A DNA stretch of 51,626 nt, filler included, from Sphacelaria rigidula (lineage: Eukaryota): assembly GCA_964200075.2 (NCBI GenBank). It is 3 parts of 3 records of this genome, joined end to end, with 100 filler letters (N's around TTAATTAATTAA, not from the genome) between each part and the next. Parts side by side here need not be neighbours in the genome. Positions count along the whole stretch, not along the records: positions 1 to 17,146 come from CAXNAA020001156.1; 2 more parts are not named here. One strand, written 5' to 3'. Both the position numbers and the translations under genes were made by a program. The notes under the pieces were generated by a model. That model had not been told where the DNA came from. It saw only the letters and a list, made by a program, of their open reading frames with translations, and made no database searches. Below are positions 1-10,343 of the stretch, one piece after another; position 1 is the stretch's first letter; every line of letters begins with the position of its first letter.

Positions 1-702
1 TCCCGCGGAGTTTGGGGGGGGAAGATATTTTCGCTCTGTGTTACTATTTCGTATCTTCCCTGCAATGGAGAAATGGGATTTCAACCTCATTTTATGTTTC
101 AACCCCAAAACTTAAGATCGGCTGTTTACTGCACAAACGGGGCACGGCGAACATCGACATCAACCCGCGAAGTTCTGTTTTGAGCACTTGGGAAGCTTTG
201 GCAACTTGGAAAATTGTACCTAGCGCGATTCGCAGCAGCATGTTGGCAAACTCCCGACATTCTGATGTACAGCTCTACTGACGGTATCCGTCGGCAGGAT
301 CGTGAGGTCCGCTGCAATTTGCTGAGGTGGAAGTTGGGTGACATGCAGTACAGGCGGGTAAGCAAAATGCACTTGCAACCCAAAACAGTACCATATATAT
401 AGTACAGTAGTACAGACCACATTGCACAGACAGTATGACCCAGTACAGGAAGGTATTGTATCGACACACGATGCAGTACCGTACAGTTCAAGGTCATCTG
501 CACGGTGCGGTAAAATGAAGAGGGTTTGTACAGTACCTACAGTATCAAGTAGAAACGAAAATTTACACCGTGCATGACGATTTTTGCAGTCGGACGGTGT
601 CGTATTAAAGTTCGGACGCACAGTTTTCCAACACAATACAGTAGTGCAGACTGTATACTTGAAGATACCACGTGTACTACAGACCATGGTTGTAATGCTT
701 GC

Positions 703-1003
703 AACAACGTTTTCGTGAGATTGAGAGTAGAGCGCTGATTGAGAGTGGCCTTGGTGAATCGCTTTAACCTAGCCATTTTTTTATTCCGTGCGTACTTTTC
801 TTTGCCTCTATCACGAGCGTGTGCTTACAGCTATTCGTCGATATCCTACTCAGGGATATCAAGGGCCTCAGTGGCAAGCTACTACAGAAAACATATCGGG
901 CCTTGTGGAGGGGGCCTCTCGAAACTGAAACGATTAATTCACTCATTGACCGTTTTCCACTCTCAATCGTATCCTCTACTCTCAATCTCACGAAACTATT
1001 GTT
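703..1003. mobile_element. MITE-like element with ~46-bp imperfect TIRs
   Basis: AACAACGTTTTCGTGAGATTGAGAGTAGAG..GATTGAGAGTGG (703-748) is the imperfect reverse complement of CCACTCTCAATC..CTCTACTCTCAATCTCACGAAACTATTGTT (957-1003). The same terminus recurs at ~8939-8983 and ~34021-34044. Confidence 0.7.
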
Positions 1004-1158
1004 TTGTGCAGCGACAATCTAAGGCAAGTCCAGTGTGCTTGGTGCTGTTTTGTGTCGAAGGAGAAGGGGGAGGGGGGCGGGAGTCTGGCACAGATATGTC
1101 ATAGATCTCGGTATGTTGAACCACCCCGGCTATCGAAACAAGAAGGGGTCGCGACTAA

Positions 1159-1398
1159 TGCCGAGATAGCCCCCCCACAAAACGTGCACCGGAGACTGTC
1201 CGACAAACCGGCTGCGATCCGACTAATGCGCTCGTTTGCAGCAATCTGGCCCACATGAATGGCGTGTAGCAGTCCGGAATCAGGCATAACGTCCAAATGA
1301 GTCGTGTCGTGTAACACGAAACCGGCTGTAAGGGTATTCATGATCATCGCCTCCGTGCATCTTTTTGGTCGGTTCCGGGGGGGGGGGCTATCTCGGCA
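1159..1398. repeat. 240-bp segment bounded by perfect 18-bp inverted repeats (small MITE-like)
   Basis: TGCCGAGATAGCCCCCCC (1159-1176) and GGGGGGGCTATCTCGGCA (1381-1398). No clear TSD. Confidence 0.55.
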
Positions 1399-1485
1399 GC
1401 AGTTTCGCGCAGGGGGGAAGGGAAGGGGTCGCGTTTGCTATGTAAAACGTGATTGATCCGAGTGTACAACAAAGTAGGGGGGCGC

Positions 1486-2410
1486 TGTAGCAGGTGTCTC
1501 CACGAAAGCTGTATTACAGGAGTGACGGAAGCACGTGCATACTGTTGTGTAGCAAGCGCAAAAGCCCGCATGCGTTCACGACTGGGAGCTGGGAAGTCAG
1601 ACAGCGGAATAAATGAACTAAACAAAACTGGACAGGCGGTCGAACAGGCAAAAGATATGAACTGACTCAGTCCAGACCACCAGCAATATAGCAACTTGAA
1701 CAAGCAAAACAAAAAGAAGCTTCAGCTGGAGGCCCCAATTGTCAAGTGAATAACGAATGTCACCCTAGCTGCTCAAGGTAGAAGCGTGATATCGTTCCCA
1801 GGACCAAACACTCTCTTAGTATGCTTGCTAGTTGATGTATGTGCAGGGGTGGTGTTATCTAACAATATGCACGTGGGTATATAACAGCACTCGCAGACAA
1901 AAAAGGAAAGCAGTATTGTACACCCCGGGAACTTACTTAGAAGTCTCGTTCCTGGGGGTTCAGGCATCGAAGAAGGGGACAGCTGAAGATTGTAGCCAAA
2001 CGATATCAAGGCGTAGGTTTCAGAACAATTGCATACATGGTTGGAGCAGTGGCAGGAGACAGGGGATCCTGGATTGATGGCCCTTATCTGTGTAGCCCCT
2101 TGCTATCTGGCTCGTGATCTGTTTCTAAATCACTCCGTGGTAATAACACGTTAGAAGAAAGGGCTTGTTGAGCACGGGACCAGTGATACTGGAGGAGTCC
2201 CTCGTTGAAAGTCCTCTTGTCCAGATCGTCTGAAAGAGGCTGTAATATCTAGATATTTTTTTCGGCACTCTGTTGGAGGAGTGTGGCTGAGGAGAGGACC
2301 CGCAGCTGGAAGCAAGCTGAGTCCGCAGTCGGAAGGAAACCAACTTGAAGTCAACTTGAGGCGCACAGCAGTGGAGAACGCTCCGTGGGCTGGTGGACGC
2401 ACAAGCTAAG
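1486..2410 (+). repeat. Candidate 5' LTR followed by a putative primer-binding site (TGGTGAATCC, 2411-2420)
   Basis: Starts TGTAGCAGGTGTCTC, resembling TGTAGCAGGCGTTTC at 7290 at the end of pol. A TGG-initiated motif lies just before the gag ATG at 2429. The 3' boundary cannot be verified because the second LTR is truncated. Confidence 0.4.
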
Positions 2411-2428
2411 TGGTGAATCCTAGACGAC

Positions 2429-3220
2429 ATGGCTCAAGCGGCGGCAGCGCCGCTGGTGTTAGGTGAGCCGGTAGAACCGCCGAGGTATGGCAAAGTGTGA
2501 ACCGAGGAAGCCTCAAACAGTTTTTGGGCCAAATATCTCGACTGTTTAGAGAGATTGCATTTGGCTAATGCTCAAGAAGTCGTACGGCATGCCAGAGTGA
2601 GAATCGGACAACTTATCCCAACATGTATTTACCAGTGCTTTGAAGGAATGTACAAGGACCGTCGGGCTATGACTCCCGACGAATTGCTAGATGCTGTGAA
2701 GCAGCATGCCGGGTACACCACAACCGGCGGCAAGCATGACACTGCGCGGGCTGCAGCAGACCTACGTGGAATTCTTACTGTGCCACAAAGCGATGGAACA
2801 TCCGTCAAGGATCGAGCGATGACGGTCAACTCATCGATGGAAACGTTTTTTGCTGAAAACCTCACGATGCAAGTCATGTACCGTGCGGAGGACAGGAGCT
2901 GGTGGCAGGGCCCGGCCGAGCCGGTTTCCACAGCTTTGGTAGACGGGATTTCGCCTCCGGAATTCACGGCGTATGGTAGAACCGTACTAACGTATGTTGA
3001 CGGTTGGAAAAGGAATCCAACGGTGGTGCTCAGCAAAATATTTGATGCCGCCAACCACTGGAAGTTCACCGAGGCACATGGCCGGCGCGACTCTGCGGTA
3101 AATGCAGGTGGTGCGCGCCGCAAGCAACAACATCAACAGAAACAGTAGCCGTCTTCACGAGCGTTGTCCACTCGCGCGTGTTACAACTGCGGCGAAACTG
3201 GACATCTGATCAAGGACTGC
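2429..3220 (+). pseudogene. gag: Gypsy gag, disrupted, with CCHC zinc knuckle
   Basis: ATG at 2429 with an early stop, ORF fragment 2555-3148, then CYNCGETGHLIKDC (C-x2-C-x4-H-x4-C) at 3179-3220 after an in-frame TAG. Confidence 0.8.
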
Positions 3221-3719
3221 CCCAAGCCTCGCGCACAAGGCGCTGCTCAGGGCAATGCGCGAGATTCATCAGGATCTCGAGGCGGTCGTCACGATGCTCG
3301 GGGCGGTGCCAACCATGGACGCGGATGCCGCGGCCGCGGTAGCAAGCAATCGGCGGCGATTGATGGTTCCTCCGCTGCTGTTTCTTCCACTACGTCATCA
3401 AGTGGTGACTCTGGATCTTACGGTTCGTCCGTGTTAGGGCGGACAGTGTACGTGGGAAATGCAAATACTCCGGTGGGGAGTGCTGGAGCGAATAGTTCGC
3501 AACCCCTCGGCCAGGCAGGACCCGTGTCTGGTGCATTTCCTACATCTGCGACGGCTGTAACAGCGCTGTCTGCATATTCGGCGACGTGGTCTGGTTGGAC
3601 TGTCGATTTTCAACTATCGACGTCAAGTGCTGGAGCGCAGCCCTGGCGTCAGGTGACTCTTGGTACTGACCAGGGTTCTCCGACAGTCGTGGTACCTGTC
3701 GATCGAAAGGCTAAATGTT

Positions 3720-6700
3720 TACGCGTAGATCTTTCCTTGCCTGGTTCCATAGGTTCGTTCATGGCCCGCGTCATTCTGGGTTCTGGGTCCGCGCTCACAT
3801 CGATCAGTGTGGTGTTCCTGGGACAAATGCGTTCGCAGTTTGGCGGCGCTCAGCTGCAGATTCTGTTCGACAATGGACCGCAAACGGCACAGACCGCCAC
3901 GGGTGCTCCCGTGACGGCTACACATGAAACGGTGCCAATTACTGTTCGCGTGCGTAAGCTGTGGGGGGCCATGGAGTTGCAGCCCATTACGGTCGCTGCC
4001 ATACCCGGTACGGACAACACGGTTCTATTTGGGATGGCGACGATGAAGGAGCTCAGGATTGATTTGTACCCGTTGGCGTTGGATTAGTTACGCCCGCGTG
4101 CGGTGCCGGTGAAAACCGGCGTGAAAAACCCAGCTATCTTGCTGCGAGGCGTGTGACCGTATCCATACGGTCATTTCAGAGTGCCAATGAGGAGGAGGCT
4201 CCTGCGGATGAAGCGGCGGAGCGCTTAGTCGATCGGAGGCTCGACATGTTCATGGACCCAGCGAAGGAGAGAGGTGCAAAAGAACGTGCGCGTGAGGATA
4301 GCGTGCAGCAGGTCGAGCAGAAGGACCTGAGCGCCGATGGCGCACACTGTACGCGTGATATTTTGGCTCGTCGCGAGGATACCTTTCGTCGTGCGCTCAG
4401 TGGTGACCCAGTAGAGCGCGTAGGGCCCATGAGCGTGCAACTAAAGCCACAAGCAACGGTTGTGAAGGCCAAGCCCCGACGCTATGATTCGGTGAAGACC
4501 GAGTGGCTTGCTTCATGCATCGCAGCTTCGGCGGCGTTTGGTTCAGTGGTTAGGAACATCCAGGCTGTGTGGGCGAGTCCGCCAGTGGCGGTGCCGAAGA
4601 GGAATACATTCCGTTCGATCAGCGACTATCAGGCGGTGAACGCGCAAGTGGAACAGTCTCCGGGGGTGATGCCAGCCAAGAAGACATGCGGGAGTTGCTG
4701 GGAGCTCAATGCTTCGGCAAGTTGGACCTGCTACAGGGGTATTGACAGGTGCCTCTGGCGCCGGAGGCTCAGGAAATCTTCACGATCGTCACGCCTAACG
4801 GTTTGTTCATGCCTACCCGTATTGAACGCCACGGTGTATATACAAGGTGTGCTGACTGACAGTTTGCGACGTCTAGACTGTGATGTTTGGGCGGGTGACG
4901 CTTTCTATTTTGCTGAAACCGAAGAAGCACTGTTAGCTTTACTCCACGAAAGTCTCGGCCGCTTGGAGAGTGTGAGTCTGTTCGTCGCTGGGCATAAGTG
5001 CACCTGCTTTGCCCGCGAAGTGGTTTGGTGTGGTAAGGTGTACTCCGAGGGTACTGTTTCGCATGATCCCGCCCGCATCCAAGATTTGAGCAATATGCGA
5101 CATCCTCGAACTGCTAGTGAGTTGACGCATTTTCTGTAGGCGGTAAATCGGTTGTGGACTTCTCTCCCCCGCAGGGCGGAAGTAGTTGCGCCGCTCCGTG
5201 TGGTTTTGGAACAACTGATTGTCGGGGCTTCGCGTCGGACCAAGCAGATGGCGCGTAATCGTAACATCCCGGAGGACGCTTGGACGGAGGATCGTGTGCG
5301 GCATGGCGTGCTGCGCAAGATTTGGTGGCGCAAGCGGTGCCGCTGTATCATACTCATCCAAGGTGTGTTGTGCTGATGTTCCCAGATGCTTCGGATTTCC
5401 ACTGCGTCAGTTTTTCCACGCAAGTGCCTGTCGCCGAGTTTAGTAGTGGGATTGCGCTCGAATATATGTCACACGAACCGTTGGCTTTTCTGAGTGGTAG
5501 CTTCTAGGATTCACAGTTACGGTGGGCGGCAGTGGACAAAGAAGGTTTAGCGATAATCAATTCATGTCGAAGGCTAGAGGGCTTGCTTTGGGATGGTGTT
5601 TGCATTTTCACCGATCATCTCCCGTCTGATATACATTTTTTACCCCGAAGAGTGTGTCACATCGGTGACGAAGGCCATGGCGCAATGGCTTGAAAATGGG
5701 AAAGGAATGCTCGGCCAATATCGGTATGCCATTTAACACATTCCTGGAGAGCGCAATTAATTGTTGGAGAGATTTTTTGTCCCGCTGGGTGAAGGTCTTT
5801 ACCGTGCCTGTTCGGTCAGTTGCCGTGTACAGCCTGTGTGATGCCGATGGTTCGCTGCCCTCGTTAGATGCCATTCGTACCGCGCAGCGCAAAACAGTCG
5901 GCGACGGTGTTCTCGGATGATGAGACTCTACGATCTCGCTTGATGGTGTGCCCTCACATGCGGTCGCCTGGTCACCGTGGTGTGGCGCCGGCTCTGTTTC
6001 GTTTGAAAGAATACTGTGTGTGGCCTCACATGGATTCCCACGTTCGCGAGTTCGTTCGCCAGTGTTTACATTGTGAAGACACTCGTGCTGGTGCGAATGT
6101 ACCTCGTGCGTATGGCGATATTGTGCATGATACTGCGCCAGGTGAAGTTGTTCACTTCGATTTTCTGTACGTCGGAAGTAGCGGACATGAAGGTGCTAAT
6201 GGCTTGCCTGATGAGGATGGCAATTCGTTCGGTCGGAGCCGACCGAGGCTTCCACCGCCGAGGTTACGGCTAAGCACTTGCTCCATTGGTGCAAGACTTT
6301 GGGGGTGCCGAGTGTGTGGGTCAGTGATACCGCCACGCACTTCAAGAATCGAGTGATCGCGCAGCCGAGCGACGCGCTCAAGGTGCAACACCAATTTGCT
6401 GTTGCGTGTACCCCATGGTCGAATGGTGCTTGTTAACGCATGGTAAAAGAGGTTATTCGTGCGTTGCGGTCCATTTTGTCGGAACAAAGACGACCGGTGT
6501 CTGAATGGATTGGTGTTTTGCCAGCCGCTCAGTGGGCGTTGAATACTTCTTTTGGTGAACGCATTCGTAACACTCAGCATTGTGTGATGTTTGGGTGTGC
6601 GCCACGTACAGCGTTTTCCGCGCTGGTTTCTGTCACTGGCGGCGAGTAGAACGTCGATGTCATGGATGCTGGTTTGTTGCGTGACAAGGTTCGAGGCGTG

Positions 6701-7294
6701 GTTGACGAGCAAGTGCGGTTTCGCAGCGAAGTGCAAGCTGATGTCGCGGTGTCTCGCGAAATCAAACGCAAGCTTGCTCAGGCCCAAACTGTGTTGCCCA
6801 AGTTTGCTGTCGGATATTTCGTATTGTATGCCCGTGTTCGGAGGCAAGGTGTGACGCCGAAGTTGATGTCCACGTGGACAGATCCGTAGCGAGTGGTCGG
6901 AGCCGATCACGCATACGTATATTCGGTGCAACACATTGTTTCTGGTGCCGTACACTCGGCCCATCTCGCTCGTTTACGTTACTATGCTGACTCGCAGTTG
7001 CACATCACTGCGGAACTGAAATATGTATCTCAGCATTCGTATGCTCAAGGTGAATGTCGGATGAATACTTTCGTGCACGTCGCTGAAGATGACAATGGTG
7101 ATGCCATTGCTTTGGTCGATTGGGAAGGGTTTGGTGCTGAAGAACGTTCGTGGGAGTCTTTTCGCAAGATTCATCCTTCTGCGCCTGAATTTGTTTTAAA
7201 GAAACTGCGTAAAATGCGGTTGACAGGGGCGTTGAAAAGTGAATTAGCGTCGGAGTATGGTATTTGTTACAACGGATACCGACTGTATATGTAG
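3720..7294 (+). pseudogene. pol: Gypsy pol (aspartic protease, RT, RNase H, integrase, chromodomain), disrupted
   Basis: Protease VILGSGS (catalytic D replaced by G at 3779). RT motifs WASP, DYQAVN, KLDLLQGY*Q and VWAGD (decayed xxDD). RNase H MFPDASDF and FTDH. Integrase HMRSPGH..CLHC, VHFDFLYV and SDTATHF. Chromodomain LVDWEGFGAEERSWE (~7061-7210). Confidence 0.9.
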
Positions 7295-8919
7295 CAGGCG
7301 TTTCGAAGTACGCGTGGCAAGTGCAGTAGATCTTATTCCATTCGGATGTTGGTGTTTTATTCCAATTTGGCGCTCACCGGAGCCCTTCGCCCCTCACAAC
7401 TTTGCACCACCTAGTAACATTGTTTTGAGCTACTTAGCAAGCGTAATAACAAAGCTATCAGCCACCACCTGGAGATATCTCGCTTGCAAACAAGTCAAGA
7501 GCACTCTTTTGAACGTGAAAGTGAGCCCCTGCTTGGCCTCATGATGCAGTGCTGGTCGGACTCAAGGGTCTGTCACTCACGAGTTCGAGGGTCACTCTTC
7601 TTGACTGCAATCGTCCACTGCGGCCGGCCGCAAGCTTCGCGCTACCCCTGGCCTGGTATGTTCTTTGAGAGTAATGTAACAGATTTATTGGTCATGTTCC
7701 AGTCGACTGGGTTCCATTTGTCATACTTCGTCATGCTTGGTACCTGATGGGTCATACTACATTGTTTGATTGAATTGACCTGGCCGCCCCTTTTGGGTCA
7801 CAGCGTTTTGGACTATGCATCTCAACTAGCAAAGCACAAGTTAGCTTGTACGCCAGTAATACAAGAGCATCTACGCCATCATGGACTGCTATCTCAGAGG
7901 ATTCTCTGGTCTTCACAAATGTAAGCCTGACCTTCATGCAACACATGTTGTGCTGCAGCCTGCGCGGCTCATGGCATGACACCTGACCACTGGTGCGGTG
8001 GCTGATTTTACCCTCGATAATGTCGAACTTAATGGCTTCGATACTAAAGATTGTGTTTGGGCCTGCTAGCCCCGGTGCCCACTAAACTGGCATCTTCCTA
8101 CCCAGGTGGTTTAGTATCGTACCATGACACATGTGCCTTGATGCCAACCCCATACATAGACAGTAGCGCAGCATAAAATTACCATCGCACCAGGATACGG
8201 CGTCAACACTTCTTATCCGCTTGTCAAACCTCGTGCGAAGCCCAGGTCTGCAAGCACGGACAGTTCAGCAGTGCAAGGTCGCACCTGTACAGTCTCTATT
8301 TGTCACCGTGGAAGCCGAGATATGTCTCCGCCGCCCGCGGACGTTGCGACCAGAAGCGCCCGTACGTTCACCGTTTGTCGACAGTCGACACACGGGGAGT
8401 AGTTCGAATCAATCGGATCACGTACTTGAACACCCCCTGTCATCTCAGGCACGGACGGCGTCGGCACGCATAAGCGAAGACAAAGAAGAAAGCAGCAATG
8501 AAGCTGAACCTTCTCGAGGGTGTTTGAAGTGACTCGGAGAGCCGGTTGATGCGTGTGATGCCTTCAACCTCCAAAAGTGCCTCGTTTAAAGTTGCGACAG
8601 TCAAGTCTGAGAAGTTGAATGAAGACCAGCGTAGTCAAAAGGGGGTCGAGCTGGGCTGTTCTTGAGACCGCTCACAGACAGAAGCGAAACACAACGCCAT
8701 GAGCACCAATGGAGCTGAAGCTTCTTGACGGCATCTCGATTAATGTTAAATGAGCGATGGGATGGTTTTTTGGCGCAGCGCGGCTTCGAATCAATTCGAG
8801 AAAAAGAAATGCGTGGTCCAGGCCTTCGTTGTGAGAGCGGACGGATAGGATAAGACAACCGGACCCTTTTTGAATTTCGGTCCAGTAGAATCCTTTTCGG
8901 CCTAGGGCCTCAAAGGATC

Positions 8920-8986
8920 TCACTCATCGACCGCTTCTCACTCTCAATCATATCCTCTACTCTCAATCTCACGAAAACATTGTTTT
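8920..8986. repeat. Right-end copy of the 703-1003 TIR family
   Basis: TCACTCATCGACCGCTTCTCACTCTCAATCATATCCTCTACTCTCAATCTCACGAAAACATTGTTTT aligns with 939-1005. Confidence 0.7.
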
Positions 8987-9309
8987 ATGTACTTGGAGGC
9001 TCCCTCATTAGTTGTGTTGTCCACGTCTCTTTATTTTTCGCGGAGGGCAATAAATGCCTGCTCGATCGTCGCGGACAAAGCGATGACTCCCGCCCTTTCT
9101 CTCTGTTTATTTAGTCCATAATTATTATGTACATGTATCATTTCGCATTTTTCACCACTTTTTCTCTGCCGACAAGGCACCTTTCCCCACGCTTTCTTTT
9201 GCAGCGCACTGAGAAGGCGTCCGAACTATATTTTGTACTTTCGACTTGCGTCACGGCCGGGAGGTCCGTACCATCTTCCCGAAGGGGAACCTTGTATTAT
9301 ATATTCTCA

Positions 9310-9820
9310 CTCAAGACTTCGATTTGGAGCAAGATACTAGCTAGGCAGCAGCAACTGCTGTGTGTCCAGGTGCCCCTCTTGGCCGCAGTGGGGCTCTAAG
9401 GAGCGCACACGGCCGATCACTGTCGTTGTAGACATCGACAGCCGGAACTCACCATGTCATCCTTGTACATGGTGGTAACCAAGTTAAAGTGACCCACAAC
9501 TGCTGTTCATCGGGAATACAGGCGACAGCGTCAAGCACCAAGCAGCTGTACGCTGGGCGTCACAAATCGCCCAGGAACTGCTGCGTGTCGAGGTGGCCCT
9601 TGGAGAAATATGCGTTTAGTTTCTATTTAAAATCGTTTTCTCCAAAACACGAAATCAAAGATGGTTTGAGAATGGAAAAACTGTAGCAAAAAAACAGAGG
9701 CGAAAAACGAGTCGCAAAATTCGAGTCGCCAAACATCTACAGCAAAAAACAAGTCACGAAAAACCGGTGAGTCAAATTGTTTACCCGGAGCAGAGACCAA
9801 TTCGCTTCGTGAAATTGGAA
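9310..9820 (+). repeat. Unclassified dispersed repeat (second copy inverted at ~47970-48245)
   Basis: Shares CAAGACTTCGATTT..GATACTAG.TAGGCAGC.GCAACTGCTGTGTGTCCAGGTGCCCC and the block ending AATTGGAA with the reverse complement of 47970-48245. Confidence 0.7.
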
Positions 9821-10343
9821 AGGGGGCGACGACATAGCTATATTGTCCTTCCAGAAGTGTGAGACACTACGTGCGCTGTGGTTTGGAACACACATGCAGG
9901 TGTGACATGAACGAGGATGGCAAGTTGAAGGCCTCTCTCCGTCTCCGTGCTTTCATCCCGGTGCTCGAGACTTGCACCTCAATAATCGTACTGCATCATC
10001 TAGAGAAAGCTGGACATGATCACTGCATGAGTCGTACGCCAACAGCAGTATCACGGTTCATTTGGTGGCCGGCTTCCACAGTGCATCTACCTTGGGGCAG
10101 CTCTTGGCACATGACTGCAAGACACATGGCGATCACACCTGTAAAGCCCATGTGTCCACGACATCCTGGTGGAACATAGCATTGGAATATCGGGACCCCA
10201 CAAACTTGCGAGCTCCTCCGCATCGAGAGAGCAAACCATGCATACCAGCCACCTTCCATTTGAGGGAGAGGATTGTGCAAGCTGGCGTTCAGCATACTCC
10301 CCGCGTATCTAAACAAGATCAGTGCAAGGAACAGCATCATCCA

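Larger units (their letters stand above)
1486..7340 (+). mobile_element. Degenerate Ty3/Gypsy LTR retrotransposon with C-terminal chromodomain
   Basis: Domain order gag (CCHC knuckle) - protease - RT - RNase H - integrase - chromodomain, broken by many stops and frameshifts. Putative LTR starts TGTAGCAGG at 1486 and 7290; the second is truncated, so outer limits are uncertain. Confidence 0.9.
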
